This document shows, in pieces, positions 25,695 through 36,709 of a DNA stretch of 64,000 nucleotides (its first letter is position 1; every line of letters starts with the position of its first letter). Made by a program: the position numbers and the translations under genes. The notes beneath the pieces were generated by a model. The model saw only the letters and a program-made list of their open reading frames with translations, was not told where the DNA came from and did not search any database. The stretch is taken from the NCBI GenBank assembly GCA_043823745.1, contig JBDRAN010000044.1, positions 853-64,852 on the forward strand, read 5' to 3'. Source of the DNA: Candidatus Omnitrophota bacterium (GTDB lineage: Bacteria > Omnitrophota > Gorgyraeia > Duberdicusellales > 4484-171).

Positions 25695-26810
25695 TCATAG
25701 CTTTTCGGTAAGACCCGTTTTAATGATCCTGAAAAAAACATTGAGTATTTCACGGGAAGCGCCGGGATGCTTTAGGAATTCCCAGAGAAGAAGCGAGTGA
25801 TTTTCAAAATCGCCTTTCTCCTCGATCAATGATGTCTTGCGCTTAATGAATGCGAATATCTTTTTGATATCTTTGTCGGTAAGTGCATTAAAAATTTCCC
25901 TGGCACGCAACGCAACCCGTATCTCGCCGCCGTAATGCTTATGCCACCGCGGCGAGTATTGCGAAAATTTTCCCGACAGCATACAATCCACAAGGATCTC
26001 TGCCCCGCGCATGCCCATATAAATACCGCCATAGCTTAAGGGCTTAACCTGAGAAGCGGCATCGCCTACCAAGAAAATCCGCTCGCGGGAAAGCGTATTG
26101 AAATGAACCCGTGGCACGATCCCGGCAAATTTCTCGATAATATTATTTCCCATCCTTCTCTCTTTGACAAATTCAAGAAGATCCTGGTAGGGATTCTGAG
26201 AAATAACTCCGACCCGGACTTCCTCTGCGCTTTCGGGTATAATCCAATAAAAATACGGACGCTTGATATAGACCTCAACCATATCATGATAGAGTGGAGC
26301 AAATTTCATGCGAAACTGAACTCCCCGCATATATTGTATGCTGTTTTGCTTACGCACGATACTGCGTACCGCCGAATTGGCGCCATCGGCACCAACCAGG
26401 ATATCGGCGGAAAAGTCTCCTTTATCAGTCTCAAGGATATACCGATGCTTGTTCTTTTCAAAACCAAGAAACCGTGTCTCAAAAATTATATTTAAATCTT
26501 TTCCTAAACTCTTATCGAAAAGTTCACGGTTGATAACATAGGCGACTTCTTTGCGCCGCAAGATGAGTTCTTCTTTTCCAAAGTGAATCACGGCGCCATT
26601 GATTGTATTCAAAATGCAGCTCGGGGCAAGCGGCAGGCGCGCCTCCTGAAAAACCTTTTTACCTACAAGGCCGGCGCAATGAATGGGCCTACCCAACTCT
26701 TTATGCTCCTCGATAAGCAAGGAGCTCCTCCCCTTCAATTTCAAAAGTTGGGCAAGATAGCCTCCAACCGGACCTGCACCTACAATAATGATGTCGTACT
26801 TATCCTTCAT
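25695..26810 (-). CDS. FAD-dependent oxidoreductase, geranylgeranyl-reductase family.
   Basis: N-terminal dinucleotide-binding motif IIIVGAGPVGGYLA. Length 371 aa. Confidence 0.7.
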   Translation of the reverse strand: MKDKYDIIIVGAGPVGGYLAQLLKLKGRSSLLIEEHKELGRPIHCAGLVGKKVFQEARLPLAPSCILNTINGAVIHFGKEELILRRKEVAYVINRELFDKSLGKDLNIIFETRFLGFEKNKHRYILETDKGDFSADILVGADGANSAVRSIVRKQNSIQYMRGVQFRMKFAPLYHDMVEVYIKRPYFYWIIPESAEEVRVGVISQNPYQDLLEFVKERRMGNNIIEKFAGIVPRVHFNTLSRERIFLVGDAASQVKPLSYGGIYMGMRGAEILVDCMLSGKFSQYSPRWHKHYGGEIRVALRAREIFNALTDKDIKKIFAFIKRKTSLIEEKGDFENHSLLLWEFLKHPGASREILNVFFRIIKTGLTEKL

Positions 26811-26974
26811 GGCAATGGATGCGATTCTTTATGATGTGCTCGAACCAAACAGAATGAAGAAGATATTTTATTTTTTAATACCCGAGACAATTTCTCTGAT
26901 TCTGTAAGGAAGTTTAGCCTAAATTACAGAAAAAGCAACTGTTTTACGTTGTTCGTTTTTACGCTCCGGAGATA

Positions 26975-28867
26975 TTATCCTTTAGAGCCACTTACCGCAA
27001 ACAATAATTTTTTTGCTTGTTCTTCATCGTAACGAAGGCCGCTGTCACAGACTGCACGTATCTGCTCTAAGATCCCTTCAAGTTTCATGCTTTCTTCCAC
27101 CTTAAAAATTTTATTAAACGTGGTGGTTATTTTCTTTTCGCGATTACTGAATAGTTCTTCCGATGTTTTTTCTCCCTCGCGTTTTCCTATATACACAATA
27201 TCGTCCTCTTTAAGGTGTTTACCATAAAAAAGGGCAATATCATACGCCAAATCTTTTATTTTTACAGGATTACCCATGTCAAGGACCAATATTTCTCCTC
27301 CTTCTCCTGAAGAAATCGCTTGCAGCGTTAACCTTGTTGCCTCGGCCAAACTCATAAAATACCTATTCATCTGAGGGTCGGTAATGGTTAAACGCTCTCC
27401 TTTTTGAAGCTGTTGAGCAAATATCTCGATCACATTGCCGGAAGAACCGATGACATTACCGAATCGTACCGCCATGAATTTTGTTTTCGTTTCTGCATTA
27501 CCACTGAATATTTTTACTAAAAGCTCCCCTGTTCTCTTTGTCGCACCCATAAGCGAAGTTGCGTTAACTGCTTTATCGGTCGAAATATAGCCGAATTTTT
27601 TTACACCAAACTCTTGCGCACATTGCATCATGTTAAGCGTCCCACATACGTTTGTTACTATTGCTTCAATCGGATTATACTCGCACAAAGAGACATGCTT
27701 GAGGGCGGCGGCATGAATGACATAATCGACGGTATGGGCGGTGAATATCCTATCCAGCGCCCGTCTATTCCTGATGTCGGCTATCTTGCAAAGTATTTCT
27801 GTATCCTCCGGGTCAGGCATATCGCCCTGGTGCGTTACGTCATAGGAAATCCTAAAGAGGTTGGTCTCCGATATATCCAATATGACTAATTTACGGGGAG
27901 AAAACTTAAGTAGCTCTTTGCATATGCTTGCGCCTATAGAACCGCCGCCGCCGGTAACCATAATAGTTTTGCCGTAAAAAACATCTCGTATCTTTTCGGT
28001 ATCAAACGTAACCGGTTTCCTATCTAAATAATCTTCGAATTTTATCTCGCGTAAGCTCTTTAAGGTAAACCTGCCATCAACCAAATCAACCATTGAGGGG
28101 GCAATCCTCACCAACGCACCGGTGGCTTGAGAAATCTTGATGATTTGTTTCATTTCTTCATTAGACGCATTATCCACGGCAATAAAAATATAGCGTATGC
28201 CCTTTTCTTGGACTAGCGACGGTATATCGCCAATCGTGCCGACAATGGACGTGGCGTTAATCGTCTCCCCCACACGGTTTTTGTGAAACGTGATGAAACC
28301 CGTCACTCTGAAACGATGACTGTCGTTCTTCAAAATAGTATATTGAAGAGATGCTGCGATATCTTGGTCTCCCACAATCAATACGTTTTCTCTCGTTTTA
28401 CTCAAGCGTTTTACTTTATCAAAAATAATTCGGTACGAAAGCCGCACACCGCTTAAACTCAAAAATAAAATAAAGAGGTTAACAATATAAACTGACCGTG
28501 GAATCTCTATGATAGCGCCGTGCAGCAGCATAAAAGCAACACAAATGCTGAGTCCGTTGCTCACCAAGACTAAAACGCCCGTCCGCTCTATGTCGCGCAA
28601 GCTCGCGTACCTCCATATCCCTTTTGCTAAACCAAAAAAGTAATCGCAGAAAAGAAAACAAACCACAAAGATGAAAATAGTTTTCTTGAATACGGCAAAA
28701 TCATCGGGAGGAACGGCGCCTTCAAACCGTATAAGATACGCAAGCCAGTAACTTGCAACAACCAGCGTCACATCAACGCAATACTTCACCCACAAGAGAA
28801 TCTTATTGAAAGGCGCAAGAAAATTATCGAAACTTATTGTTTTATGATTTTCCATCGAATCACTCAT
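26975..28867 (-). CDS. Membrane-bound UDP-N-acetylglucosamine 4,6-dehydratase (CapD/WbpM/PglF family).
   Basis: Four N-terminal TM helices are followed by the MVTGGGGSIGASICKEL Rossmann motif, typical of CapD/PglF. Confidence 0.85.
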   Translation of the reverse strand: MSDSMENHKTISFDNFLAPFNKILLWVKYCVDVTLVVASYWLAYLIRFEGAVPPDDFAVFKKTIFIFVVCFLFCDYFFGLAKGIWRYASLRDIERTGVLVLVSNGLSICVAFMLLHGAIIEIPRSVYIVNLFILFLSLSGVRLSYRIIFDKVKRLSKTRENVLIVGDQDIAASLQYTILKNDSHRFRVTGFITFHKNRVGETINATSIVGTIGDIPSLVQEKGIRYIFIAVDNASNEEMKQIIKISQATGALVRIAPSMVDLVDGRFTLKSLREIKFEDYLDRKPVTFDTEKIRDVFYGKTIMVTGGGGSIGASICKELLKFSPRKLVILDISETNLFRISYDVTHQGDMPDPEDTEILCKIADIRNRRALDRIFTAHTVDYVIHAAALKHVSLCEYNPIEAIVTNVCGTLNMMQCAQEFGVKKFGYISTDKAVNATSLMGATKRTGELLVKIFSGNAETKTKFMAVRFGNVIGSSGNVIEIFAQQLQKGERLTITDPQMNRYFMSLAEATRLTLQAISSGEGGEILVLDMGNPVKIKDLAYDIALFYGKHLKEDDIVYIGKREGEKTSEELFSNREKKITTTFNKIFKVEESMKLEGILEQIRAVCDSGLRYDEEQAKKLLFAVSGSKG

Positions 28868-29444
28868 TGAGCGTCCCTCCTATGGTCCTTAAGATAATAC
28901 TCAGGTCATCGATAAGATTGGTGCGGCCGCGAAAATACTCTAAATCATATTTAATTTTTCGAGGCAAAACCTCGTTCAAATAAAATTCCATAAGTTCCTT
29001 CTTTTCCAGAAGCCGCTCTTCATGCAGAAATTTTACGGTTGCAAAGGAAGTAAACCCGGGCCTAAAACATAATATTTCCCGCTGCCATGGCGCATAGTGC
29101 ATAACGAGTTCGGGTATTTCCGGCCGCGGACCGACAACGCTCATATCACCCTTTACAATATTAATAAATTGAGGAAGTTCGTCAAAATTGGTCCTTCGCA
29201 ACAGCTTTCCTGCCCTACTGATACGTGCATCGCCGGCGGCAGTAATGAGGCTCCCTGTTGCCATCTTCATAGTCCGGAATTTAAGGATCATGAAAATGCG
29301 CCCATTCTTGCCGACCCTGCGTTGTTTAAAAATAATCGGGCCGGGCGAATCTACTTTTATCATTACTGCGGCAATGATAAATATTGGGAAGGAAAAAAAT
29401 AAAACAACCAGTGAAAAAACAATATCGAATATTCGCTTTGCCAT
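28860..29444 (-). CDS. Small undecaprenyl-phosphate sugar phosphotransferase (PglC/WbaP C-terminal-domain type). It is the initiating transferase.
   Basis: MAKRIFDIVFSLVVLFFSFPIFIIAAVMIKVDSPGPIIFKQRRVGKNGRIFMILKFRTM is the hallmark bacterial sugar transferase motif. 194 aa. Confidence 0.85.
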   Translation of the reverse strand: MAKRIFDIVFSLVVLFFSFPIFIIAAVMIKVDSPGPIIFKQRRVGKNGRIFMILKFRTMKMATGSLITAAGDARISRAGKLLRRTNFDELPQFINIVKGDMSVVGPRPEIPELVMHYAPWQREILCFRPGFTSFATVKFLHEERLLEKKELMEFYLNEVLPRKIKYDLEYFRGRTNLIDDLSIILRTIGGTLNE

Positions 29445-29632
29445 TGAGAAACCTTATGTCTTTTTTTTCGTAAAGGATACCTCGCTCTCGAGTAACTCTC
29501 GCTTATTGCGAGTGCACAAAGTCTTAATTTCATTATAAAGCTTCGGGGTCCTCTCCGGTATAAACACAGGGAAATGCACGGAAAAACCCGCATACCGGGA
29601 ATCGCGTAAAAAATGCTCAAACGTAGGTATAA

Positions 29633-30325
29633 TCATTTTTGTATTACCGTTATGTAGTGTGACCGTAACAATGATATTTTTTCTAACATGTAACATAGCC
29701 TATACGACAGGGGCCCGAGGAACCGGGCCAGCGTAGGTATGAGCGTTAACGCCGTAAAAGAGAGGCGTGTATAACCGCTGAAATACTTCCGAACTAACTG
29801 TTTCGTCAAAGCCCGCACGAAAGGATTAAAAAGGTTGGGGTACCGAACATCGTAAATGATGATTAAACCCCCGGTTTTTAAAACGCGCATTGCTTCACCG
29901 GCGATCTTCTTCGCCATTGAATCATCAAGAATGGAACTAAATACCGTAAAGATGATGATCATGTCAAAAGAGAAATCAGGAAACTCCAGATGTTCTGCGT
30001 CAGCGCAATAAAAGGTAAACGCCGGGTAACGGCTCCGTGCGTCCTCGATTCTCTCGGGAATAAGATCAACACCGTATAGATTTTCTGGTTTGGCGCCCCA
30101 GGTGAGAAATCCGGCTAACGTAGTCCCGCCGCCGCAGCCTATATCAAGAATCTTTCTATCGTGAATCGGAAAAAATCCCTCGTGTTTTAAAATTTCGACC
30201 AGTACCTCCTCCCTTCTGGAAAAGATATATTTATTACCGCTAAGCTCTCCGTCCCATTGGGCTCTACAAACCTTGCTGGCACGATAGCGCTGATAAACAC
30301 TTTTTATGCGATTGGCTTCATCCAT
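29633..30325 (-). CDS. Class I SAM-dependent methyltransferase.
   Basis: Motif I is ILDIGCGGGTTLAG. Confidence 0.75.
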   Translation of the reverse strand: MDEANRIKSVYQRYRASKVCRAQWDGELSGNKYIFSRREEVLVEILKHEGFFPIHDRKILDIGCGGGTTLAGFLTWGAKPENLYGVDLIPERIEDARSRYPAFTFYCADAEHLEFPDFSFDMIIIFTVFSSILDDSMAKKIAGEAMRVLKTGGLIIIYDVRYPNLFNPFVRALTKQLVRKYFSGYTRLSFTALTLIPTLARFLGPLSYRLCYMLEKISLLRSHYITVIQK

Positions 30326-30400
30326 GCGTCACCCCGTCCCGAATTGCTCGAAACCCATTTGACCCTACCTGCATAAATGCCCCATGATATTCATACTCTT

Positions 30401-31795
30401 CTAACGGCCAACCCATTTTGTATACCAAAATACTAAAAATCTCCTTACGGCGGGAAAATTTTTTGTTTTTATATAGAGCGCCCTGATGATTGCTCCGGCA
30501 ATCTTGCTATGAAAACGCATGCCCATAATTTCCGTCGTTGCTTTATCGAGAACGTTGTAATCGATGCCTTTTATTTTCGGTTTGTTCGGAGCGGTTGTAA
30601 GATCGTTGTCGTCTTTGAGCAATGATAAACCATGCGCCACACAATACTCGTACAGATCGCTTCCCGGCATGGGCGTATAATATGAAACGCTGACAATGTC
30701 CGGCTTGATTGCCCTCACCATGTTGACAGTTTTATCGACATCTTCTTTGGTCTCGGTGGGCGCGCCTAACATGATATTTGCTACCGTTCTTACCTTGTAT
30801 TTTTTGCAGATTGCTACCGATGCGATATTTTGCTCGACGGTTGTACCTTTTTGTAAGAAATTCAGCATCTTTTGACTCCCGCTTTCGAGCCCGATAATCA
30901 CCATCGTTAAGCCTATCTCTGAAAGCATACGTATGGCATGTTCGTTTGCGCAAATCTGATCGGCGCGGGCCTGACAGAGAAAGGCAGCTGTAAAGCCTTG
31001 TTCTCGATACTTATGGCAAAACTCTTCGACCCATCCGGGGTTAGAAACAAACGAATAATCATAGAACTTAAAGCTCCTGAAATCATAACGATCCCGCAGC
31101 ATTCGTAGTTCTCCAATCACATTGTCGACGCTGCGATACCTGACACCTTTACCAAAGAGCAACCGACCGCCCGGTTGACAAAAATTGCAATTATACAAAC
31201 AACCGCGGCTTGCCAGCAGCGTTACCATCGGTGCCTTAAATATACCAGAATAATTAGGACGGTTGATTATGGTGCGATACGGATATAATTCCCGATCCTC
31301 GTATGGTAGAGAATCGAGATCCGGAGCAATCCCTCGCATAAGCCTCTCTTTTCCACGGCCCCTGCTCGCTATATCATTCAGCAAGGCAACAAAACTTATC
31401 TCTCCTTCACCGGTCACAATATAATCGATCATGCTTTGCCGCACAACATCCTCAGTCGCTATGGTTGGGTGGACACCGCCGACCACGACGATAATACGCT
31501 CATCAATAGCTTTGACGATTTCAATGGCTCGCATAACAAAACTATAATCGTAACTTCGTATGGTAAAACCTATAACATCGGGGTGGCGCACGGTGAGTGC
31601 TTCTTGGAACGCTTTCCAGCTGCGTAGCTTCCTTACGTCAATAAGGTCACAATCGCCGAATCCATCTGCCTTGGCGCACGCACTCAAAAAGCATAAACCT
31701 TCGTGGTTGATGCTGGTCCAATGTGAGCTGCCGAAGGATCCAAAACTCTTTTCTCCCAGGCCAGGGTCAACGAGCGTAATCTTTAAGTGCTTCAT
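30401..31795 (-). CDS. B12-binding-domain radical SAM protein (class B rSAM). The start is revised to the internal Met.
   Basis: CLYNCNFC is a Cx3Cx2C motif. The N-terminus MKHLKITLVDPG is typical of cobalamin-binding rSAMs. The longer ORF-track start would overlap the next gene by 154 nt. Confidence 0.75.
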   Translation of the reverse strand: MKHLKITLVDPGLGEKSFGSFGSSHWTSINHEGLCFLSACAKADGFGDCDLIDVRKLRSWKAFQEALTVRHPDVIGFTIRSYDYSFVMRAIEIVKAIDERIIVVVGGVHPTIATEDVVRQSMIDYIVTGEGEISFVALLNDIASRGRGKERLMRGIAPDLDSLPYEDRELYPYRTIINRPNYSGIFKAPMVTLLASRGCLYNCNFCQPGGRLLFGKGVRYRSVDNVIGELRMLRDRYDFRSFKFYDYSFVSNPGWVEEFCHKYREQGFTAAFLCQARADQICANEHAIRMLSEIGLTMVIIGLESGSQKMLNFLQKGTTVEQNIASVAICKKYKVRTVANIMLGAPTETKEDVDKTVNMVRAIKPDIVSVSYYTPMPGSDLYEYCVAHGLSLLKDDNDLTTAPNKPKIKGIDYNVLDKATTEIMGMRFHSKIAGAIIRALYIKTKNFPAVRRFLVFWYTKWVGR

Positions 31796-31821
31796 CGAAT
31801 ATATTCTACCACCATGGTATG

Positions 31822-32892
31822 CTACAAAGCACCCGTCGTATGGGTCTGATGGGGCTTGTTGTTTCTTCTGAATCGCCACAAGCCCGTCAAGAATCCAAGC
31901 CCGTAACTTATATGAATAATAGTGAAAACAAAAGGCAGAAAAAACAGCGTAAACGGCAAGCGGCGTGCAACCCACGCACTGAAGATTACATTAAGCACAA
32001 GGTAGGGGCACCCTACAATCAACGCTAAGAAGTTATTCCTTGTCACCAGGCCTACAAGAAAGCTTGCAAGAAGCGCGGCCACAAACAGCGGCGGCACGAT
32101 ATGCCGGAATGAGGGGATTGCATTTCGTTTTTGTATTACACGCACCTTATAAAAACCGTATTGAAAGTATTGCCTCCAGAGGCGCGCCAAGGTACTACGG
32201 CTATAGTAGCGCACCGAAAGCGCCGGGTCGAACCAAATTTTTCCTCCTGCCTGAATAAGCCGAAAATTAAATTCATCGTCCTGATTACGAACAAGCTCCT
32301 CATCAAACATGCCTATCCGCTCGAAAATTACCCGCTGGTACGTGCCCAGATATACCGTATCAACCCATCCGGGTTTGGTTGCATAACGAAAATATGCATT
32401 CCCTGCCCCGAATGGAGAACTGGTAGCCAAAGCAATGGCCTTGCCCACCGTAGTCTCGCTCACCGCGCATTGCATCCCTCCTACGCAATCTGCCCCGGTA
32501 TGTGCTAATAAATCAACACACCGGCGAATGTAGGCACTCGGGATTTCGCAGTGCCCGTCGACACGAACCATAATTGCCCCTTGGGCGTACGCCAAACCGA
32601 TATTAAGCGCTGCGGGCACGATACGAGAAGGGTTATCGAGGAGCGCGATGCGCAGGCGCATGTTGTTTTTGCTCTCGCGATCGATGATTGTTTGTACGAT
32701 TTGCCTGGTTCCATCATCAGACATCCCGTCTACAACAATAACCTCGATTTTTTCTTTCGGATAATCCTGCCGCAGAACCGCGCTGATACTGCGCTCGATA
32801 TATTGCTGTTCGTTACGAATGGGCACGATTACCGAAACACCGGGCTGAGGGGAAGAAAAACTTGACTCTCTACCTTGTGTACTATCAATCAT
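31822..32892 (-). CDS. GT2 glycosyltransferase with C-terminal TM helices (GtrB/ArnC/DPM1-like polyprenyl-phosphate glycosyltransferase).
   Basis: VSVIVPIRNE...VVDGMSDDGT GT2 core, plus two C-terminal hydrophobic helices as in ArnC/GtrB. Confidence 0.65.
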   Translation of the reverse strand: MIDSTQGRESSFSSPQPGVSVIVPIRNEQQYIERSISAVLRQDYPKEKIEVIVVDGMSDDGTRQIVQTIIDRESKNNMRLRIALLDNPSRIVPAALNIGLAYAQGAIMVRVDGHCEIPSAYIRRCVDLLAHTGADCVGGMQCAVSETTVGKAIALATSSPFGAGNAYFRYATKPGWVDTVYLGTYQRVIFERIGMFDEELVRNQDDEFNFRLIQAGGKIWFDPALSVRYYSRSTLARLWRQYFQYGFYKVRVIQKRNAIPSFRHIVPPLFVAALLASFLVGLVTRNNFLALIVGCPYLVLNVIFSAWVARRLPFTLFFLPFVFTIIHISYGLGFLTGLWRFRRNNKPHQTHTTGAL

Positions 32893-32959
32893 AGCGCCTC
32901 AGACATACCATACGGTTTCTCGGCATACAGGGCCGAATGCATCATAAACAATACTAAAG

Positions 32960-33988
32960 TTAAGGCTTACGCGCGAGCGGTTTTCCCTCACGGCAGACTT
33001 GTTCGACCAGATCACACAACGCCTGTTTTCGTGCCGCAAACGAAAAGAGTTCTTTCACTCTTTCTTGTGCCAGAGCGCCTGTCTGCGTATCATCTAAAGC
33101 CTTTATGATGGCGCGCGACAGCTCGCCTGCGTCGTCATACGGCACATAGTAACCGGCCTGACCCACCACTTCAGGAAGCGCTGATGTTGAGGTTACCACG
33201 GGCACGCACCTATGCGCCATAGCCTCAGCGAGAGAGCGCCCGAACTGTTCATGATATGATACCTGGACATATACTGTCGCCCGGGAATAAAACTGGCATA
33301 ACACTTCATTGCTCACCCGGCCGGTTATAATTACATTGTCGGTCACTGAGCCCTGCAGATACCGTGCCATTCGCTTATCAAGGTAACCAACCATAAAAAA
33401 TTTTATTTCCGGAAGCATCGCGGCAGCTTTGATAAACGTTGCCAGCCCTTTCCTTTTCAGATTATTCTCTATGATGTTACCTACGGTTAACACGCTACGC
33501 TCTTTTTTGATATTTTCTGCTCCGCCGCAAGAACACAAGGGAATGCCCTGGTATATCATAGAAATCCTATCGGAAGGAATCTTGCAATTTGTGATAATCT
33601 CTCGCTTGTTGAATTCAGAAACCGCAATAATCCTGTCTGCCAGCGTTATGATGTATCGCGTGATCGCCCTGGTTGGAAAAAACCTCAATCCCTTTCTAAA
33701 CGCTCCATAATTGATTTCAGGCGCGTTTACGCAATCCCACCCGCCGACAACTAAAATTATTTTCTTTTTAAAAAATTTTGCGAACAACAGCGGTATCAAC
33801 GCCGACCGAGACGCAAACCAGCAGAATACGGCATCAACGTTTCGTATGCTGCCTATCCCGCGGGGAATCTTAAAAAACGTATCTTTATAGAAACGTAAAT
33901 CTTCGGCGCAAAAATTATTCTTAAGTATTTCCCAATCGTTTTCTTCGAAACCGGTCCAACCTTGATGCAAAAATAAAATCTTCTTCAT
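32960..33988 (-). CDS. GT4 (GT-B fold) glycosyltransferase.
   Basis: EQFGRSLAEAMAHRCVPVVTSTSALPEVVG is an EX7E-type C-terminal motif. Confidence 0.75.
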   Translation of the reverse strand: MKKILFLHQGWTGFEENDWEILKNNFCAEDLRFYKDTFFKIPRGIGSIRNVDAVFCWFASRSALIPLLFAKFFKKKIILVVGGWDCVNAPEINYGAFRKGLRFFPTRAITRYIITLADRIIAVSEFNKREIITNCKIPSDRISMIYQGIPLCSCGGAENIKKERSVLTVGNIIENNLKRKGLATFIKAAAMLPEIKFFMVGYLDKRMARYLQGSVTDNVIITGRVSNEVLCQFYSRATVYVQVSYHEQFGRSLAEAMAHRCVPVVTSTSALPEVVGQAGYYVPYDDAGELSRAIIKALDDTQTGALAQERVKELFSFAARKQALCDLVEQVCREGKPLARKP

Positions 33989-34018
33989 ACTATACCTGAC
34001 TAAGCCCGTATGGCCCTG

Positions 34019-35221
34019 TTATTTCAAAATGGACTTTACCGCCGCGATAACATCTTCCACGTCAGAAGCGGTAAGCTTGGCGGAAAGAGGAAGCGACAGG
34101 GTTGTATCGGAGACATATTCAGCATTGGGAAAGTCTCCTTTCTTATAGCCGAAATTGTGTTGATAATACGGGCTTAAATGAAGCGCCGTAAAATGAATAC
34201 CGGTGCCGATATTACGTTTATGCAGGCGCTGCTGCATTTCATCGCGCGATATACCCGTAACAGTTTTAGGCACCAGTATCGTGTATAAATGCCGGGCATG
34301 CACCGTATCTCCCTCAACAGGGGCAGGCAGCGTAATCGACAGGCCGGCAAACGCTACGTTGTATCGCTTCCAAATCTTCTCTCTCTTTTTTAAATAGTTC
34401 CCGATTCGTTTAAGCTGATGTATCCCCAAGGAGGCCTGAATATCCATCATATTGTATTTAAAACCCGGGTAAACGACCTGGTACTTGACATGTCCTTTGT
34501 CCGAATACCGATGCCATGCCCCCTTAGACATCCCATGCAAGCCATACATTTCGATACGCTGCGCAAACTCTCTATTATCGGTGGTTACCATTCCTCCTTC
34601 TCCGGTCACTAAATTTTTGGTGGCATAAAAACTAAAACACGTAAGGTCTCCGATAGTTCCGACTTTACGATTCTTATATACACCCTCAATGCAATGCGCG
34701 GCATCTTCAATGACATAGAGATTATATTTCCGCGCGATTGCACGTATCTGCTTCATGTCGCAGGGCCTGCCCGCAAAATGCACAGGGACAATTGCACGCA
34801 GGTGCTTATGCGTTTCTTTATTAACAGGGGAGCCTGTCTTATGGTCAATATAATAATCGCGCTCAATGCACTCATTGATTTTTTGCGGCGATAGATTAAA
34901 CGTCTGGGCATCAACATCAACAAAAACAGGCCGGGCGCCCGTATGTATGATGCTGTTGGCGGTTGCACAGAACGTCAGGGGCGTCGTGATAACTTCGTCA
35001 CCGGGGCCTATTCCAATAGCTACCATTGAGAGATGCAGGCCCGCAGTACAGGAATTAAGCGCCAGGGCGAATTTTGACCCGATGTATTCTCGAAACATTT
35101 CTTCAAAACGATGCACTTTGGGGCCTGTTGATAGCCACCCCGAACGCAACGTAGCCACCACCTCTTTGATCTCTGCTTCCTCGATGCGTGGTGCCCCAAA
35201 AAGTAAAAAATTTTTACGCAT
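34019..35221 (-). CDS. DegT/DnrJ/EryC1/StrS-family sugar aminotransferase (PglE/WbpE-like).
   Basis: FSFYATKNLVTGEGGMVTTD contains the PLP-lysine region. Length 400 aa. Confidence 0.85.
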   Translation of the reverse strand: MRKNFLLFGAPRIEEAEIKEVVATLRSGWLSTGPKVHRFEEMFREYIGSKFALALNSCTAGLHLSMVAIGIGPGDEVITTPLTFCATANSIIHTGARPVFVDVDAQTFNLSPQKINECIERDYYIDHKTGSPVNKETHKHLRAIVPVHFAGRPCDMKQIRAIARKYNLYVIEDAAHCIEGVYKNRKVGTIGDLTCFSFYATKNLVTGEGGMVTTDNREFAQRIEMYGLHGMSKGAWHRYSDKGHVKYQVVYPGFKYNMMDIQASLGIHQLKRIGNYLKKREKIWKRYNVAFAGLSITLPAPVEGDTVHARHLYTILVPKTVTGISRDEMQQRLHKRNIGTGIHFTALHLSPYYQHNFGYKKGDFPNAEYVSDTTLSLPLSAKLTASDVEDVIAAVKSILK

Positions 35222-35307
35222 AAGTTTCTCCTTTATCGTTGATATTGGTGCAATAACCTCATGCCCGTCGCGCCGGGGCGCTCAACAAAGAAATAAACAT
35301 AATCGGC

Positions 35308-36705
35308 TCAGAGACGCTCTTGGGAAGCAGGGTCATTCTCGTTAATCGCAATGACCTCCGCTTCTTCCTCAGGCAAACGCGCCAGCACAAACCCTATTGC
35401 CAGCATAAACCAAAAGGGGACGTAGACTTCCGGAAGGTTAAGATAGCTTTCGATAAAAAATGAGAAGAAAAAACCAAAGAGGCTCGCAAACACCCCTACT
35501 CGATATTCTGCTAATTCGGGATCGCGGGTGCTCCGTATGGATTTACGTAATCGATTGAGAATTTTTATATAAAAGATCATAAATAAAAGTGAGGTAAGAA
35601 TGCCATTGTCGGATGCAAATTGAATAATATCGCTATGAACAAGGCCGCTGCCGGCTAGTCCAATGCCGACAAACGGATGCTCCCTGATGAGCACTAAAGC
35701 TCCTTGCATACGCTCGCGCCGTATGTACGCGCTGGTTCCTACGGCGGATTCCGGATCAAGACCTCTGATGCGGTATTCGATAAACGGAGCAGCAAAATGG
35801 TATGCCATCAATATGAGGCCCAAAAGGATAGTCACTTCCTTCTTCCCCCGATAAAAACTATAGGCCATGAGCCCGGCTAAGACTGCAATCCATATCCCTC
35901 GATAACCCGAAAAAAATATAAATGCGATACAGGAGAGAAATGAAAAAACCATAAAGAACCGTAGAAAACTTGATTTCCTGAAGATATTAAAAAACGAGAT
36001 AATTAAAGGTAAAATCAATGCAAGATATCCGGCAAGCATCGGTCCTCCCCAAAAAGTAGCGGATGCGCGCATAGGCCCGGCTTCTCCCTCTTGCATGATC
36101 GTACCGCCGTACCAGCCTGATAAAAGCGGTATTCGTATCCCGACGTATTCAGCCATTCCCAGCAACGAGTTCAAGAATGCGGTAACAATCAGCACAAAAA
36201 ATATCTTTCTGACGATACCAATATCTTTTACCAAAGCATGTACCACATAAAAAATAGGAAAAGCGCATACTAACAAAATCCCGTATGCGATAGCAAAATT
36301 CATATTCAGGCGGTTCAAGAACGCGGTCACCAGGCCAAACAGTACGCCCAGCAGATAAAGATATCCTGAGGGAAGAAACCACCGTACAAGCGCTCCCGAT
36401 GGTCGTTTTTGAAATATCAAAAGCAATAAAAATAAATATGCGCAAAGAGCAAGGGCGGGGCTAATCCGTATAGCCTGGCCAATATAGATTGTCCGTTGCC
36501 CCAACATAAACATGGCAACACATAAGTAAAGCAGGCTCACAAACGTTTTCTCCTGGGCTTTAACAAATGAAATGAAAATAGCCATACCGATAAAAGCGAT
36601 AATCAAAAATTCTCCCTTGCTAGAAATAGAAAATGCGAAGAAAAGCAGAAGCATGCTGAGGTTGAATAGAAGAGATACCCAGTGAATCTTAATAGGCTTT
36701 TTCAT
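35308..36705 (-). CDS. O-antigen ligase family (Wzy_C domain) membrane protein, WaaL- or PglL-like.
   Basis: 465 aa with about 12 TM helices and a large loop containing conserved R/H residues typical of Wzy_C. Confidence 0.65.
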   Translation of the reverse strand: MKKPIKIHWVSLLFNLSMLLLFFAFSISSKGEFLIIAFIGMAIFISFVKAQEKTFVSLLYLCVAMFMLGQRTIYIGQAIRISPALALCAYLFLLLLIFQKRPSGALVRWFLPSGYLYLLGVLFGLVTAFLNRLNMNFAIAYGILLVCAFPIFYVVHALVKDIGIVRKIFFVLIVTAFLNSLLGMAEYVGIRIPLLSGWYGGTIMQEGEAGPMRASATFWGGPMLAGYLALILPLIISFFNIFRKSSFLRFFMVFSFLSCIAFIFFSGYRGIWIAVLAGLMAYSFYRGKKEVTILLGLILMAYHFAAPFIEYRIRGLDPESAVGTSAYIRRERMQGALVLIREHPFVGIGLAGSGLVHSDIIQFASDNGILTSLLFMIFYIKILNRLRKSIRSTRDPELAEYRVGVFASLFGFFFSFFIESYLNLPEVYVPFWFMLAIGFVLARLPEEEAEVIAINENDPASQERL

Positions 36706-36709
36706 ATTC

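Noticed and set aside
29445-29632. Overlapping 80-116-aa ORFs in the gap between the PglC-like and methyltransferase genes
   Set aside because: They are on both strands and mutually overlapping, with no RBS or motifs. The region more likely holds an internal promoter, given the small palindromes (ctcgag, ccggtat...ataccgg).
31796-31975. 60-codon N-terminal extension of the B12-rSAM ORF
   Set aside because: The extension would overlap the upstream GT2 gene by 154 nt. The conserved MK-[IL]-x-L-[IV]-x-P start of B12-binding rSAMs begins at the internal Met.
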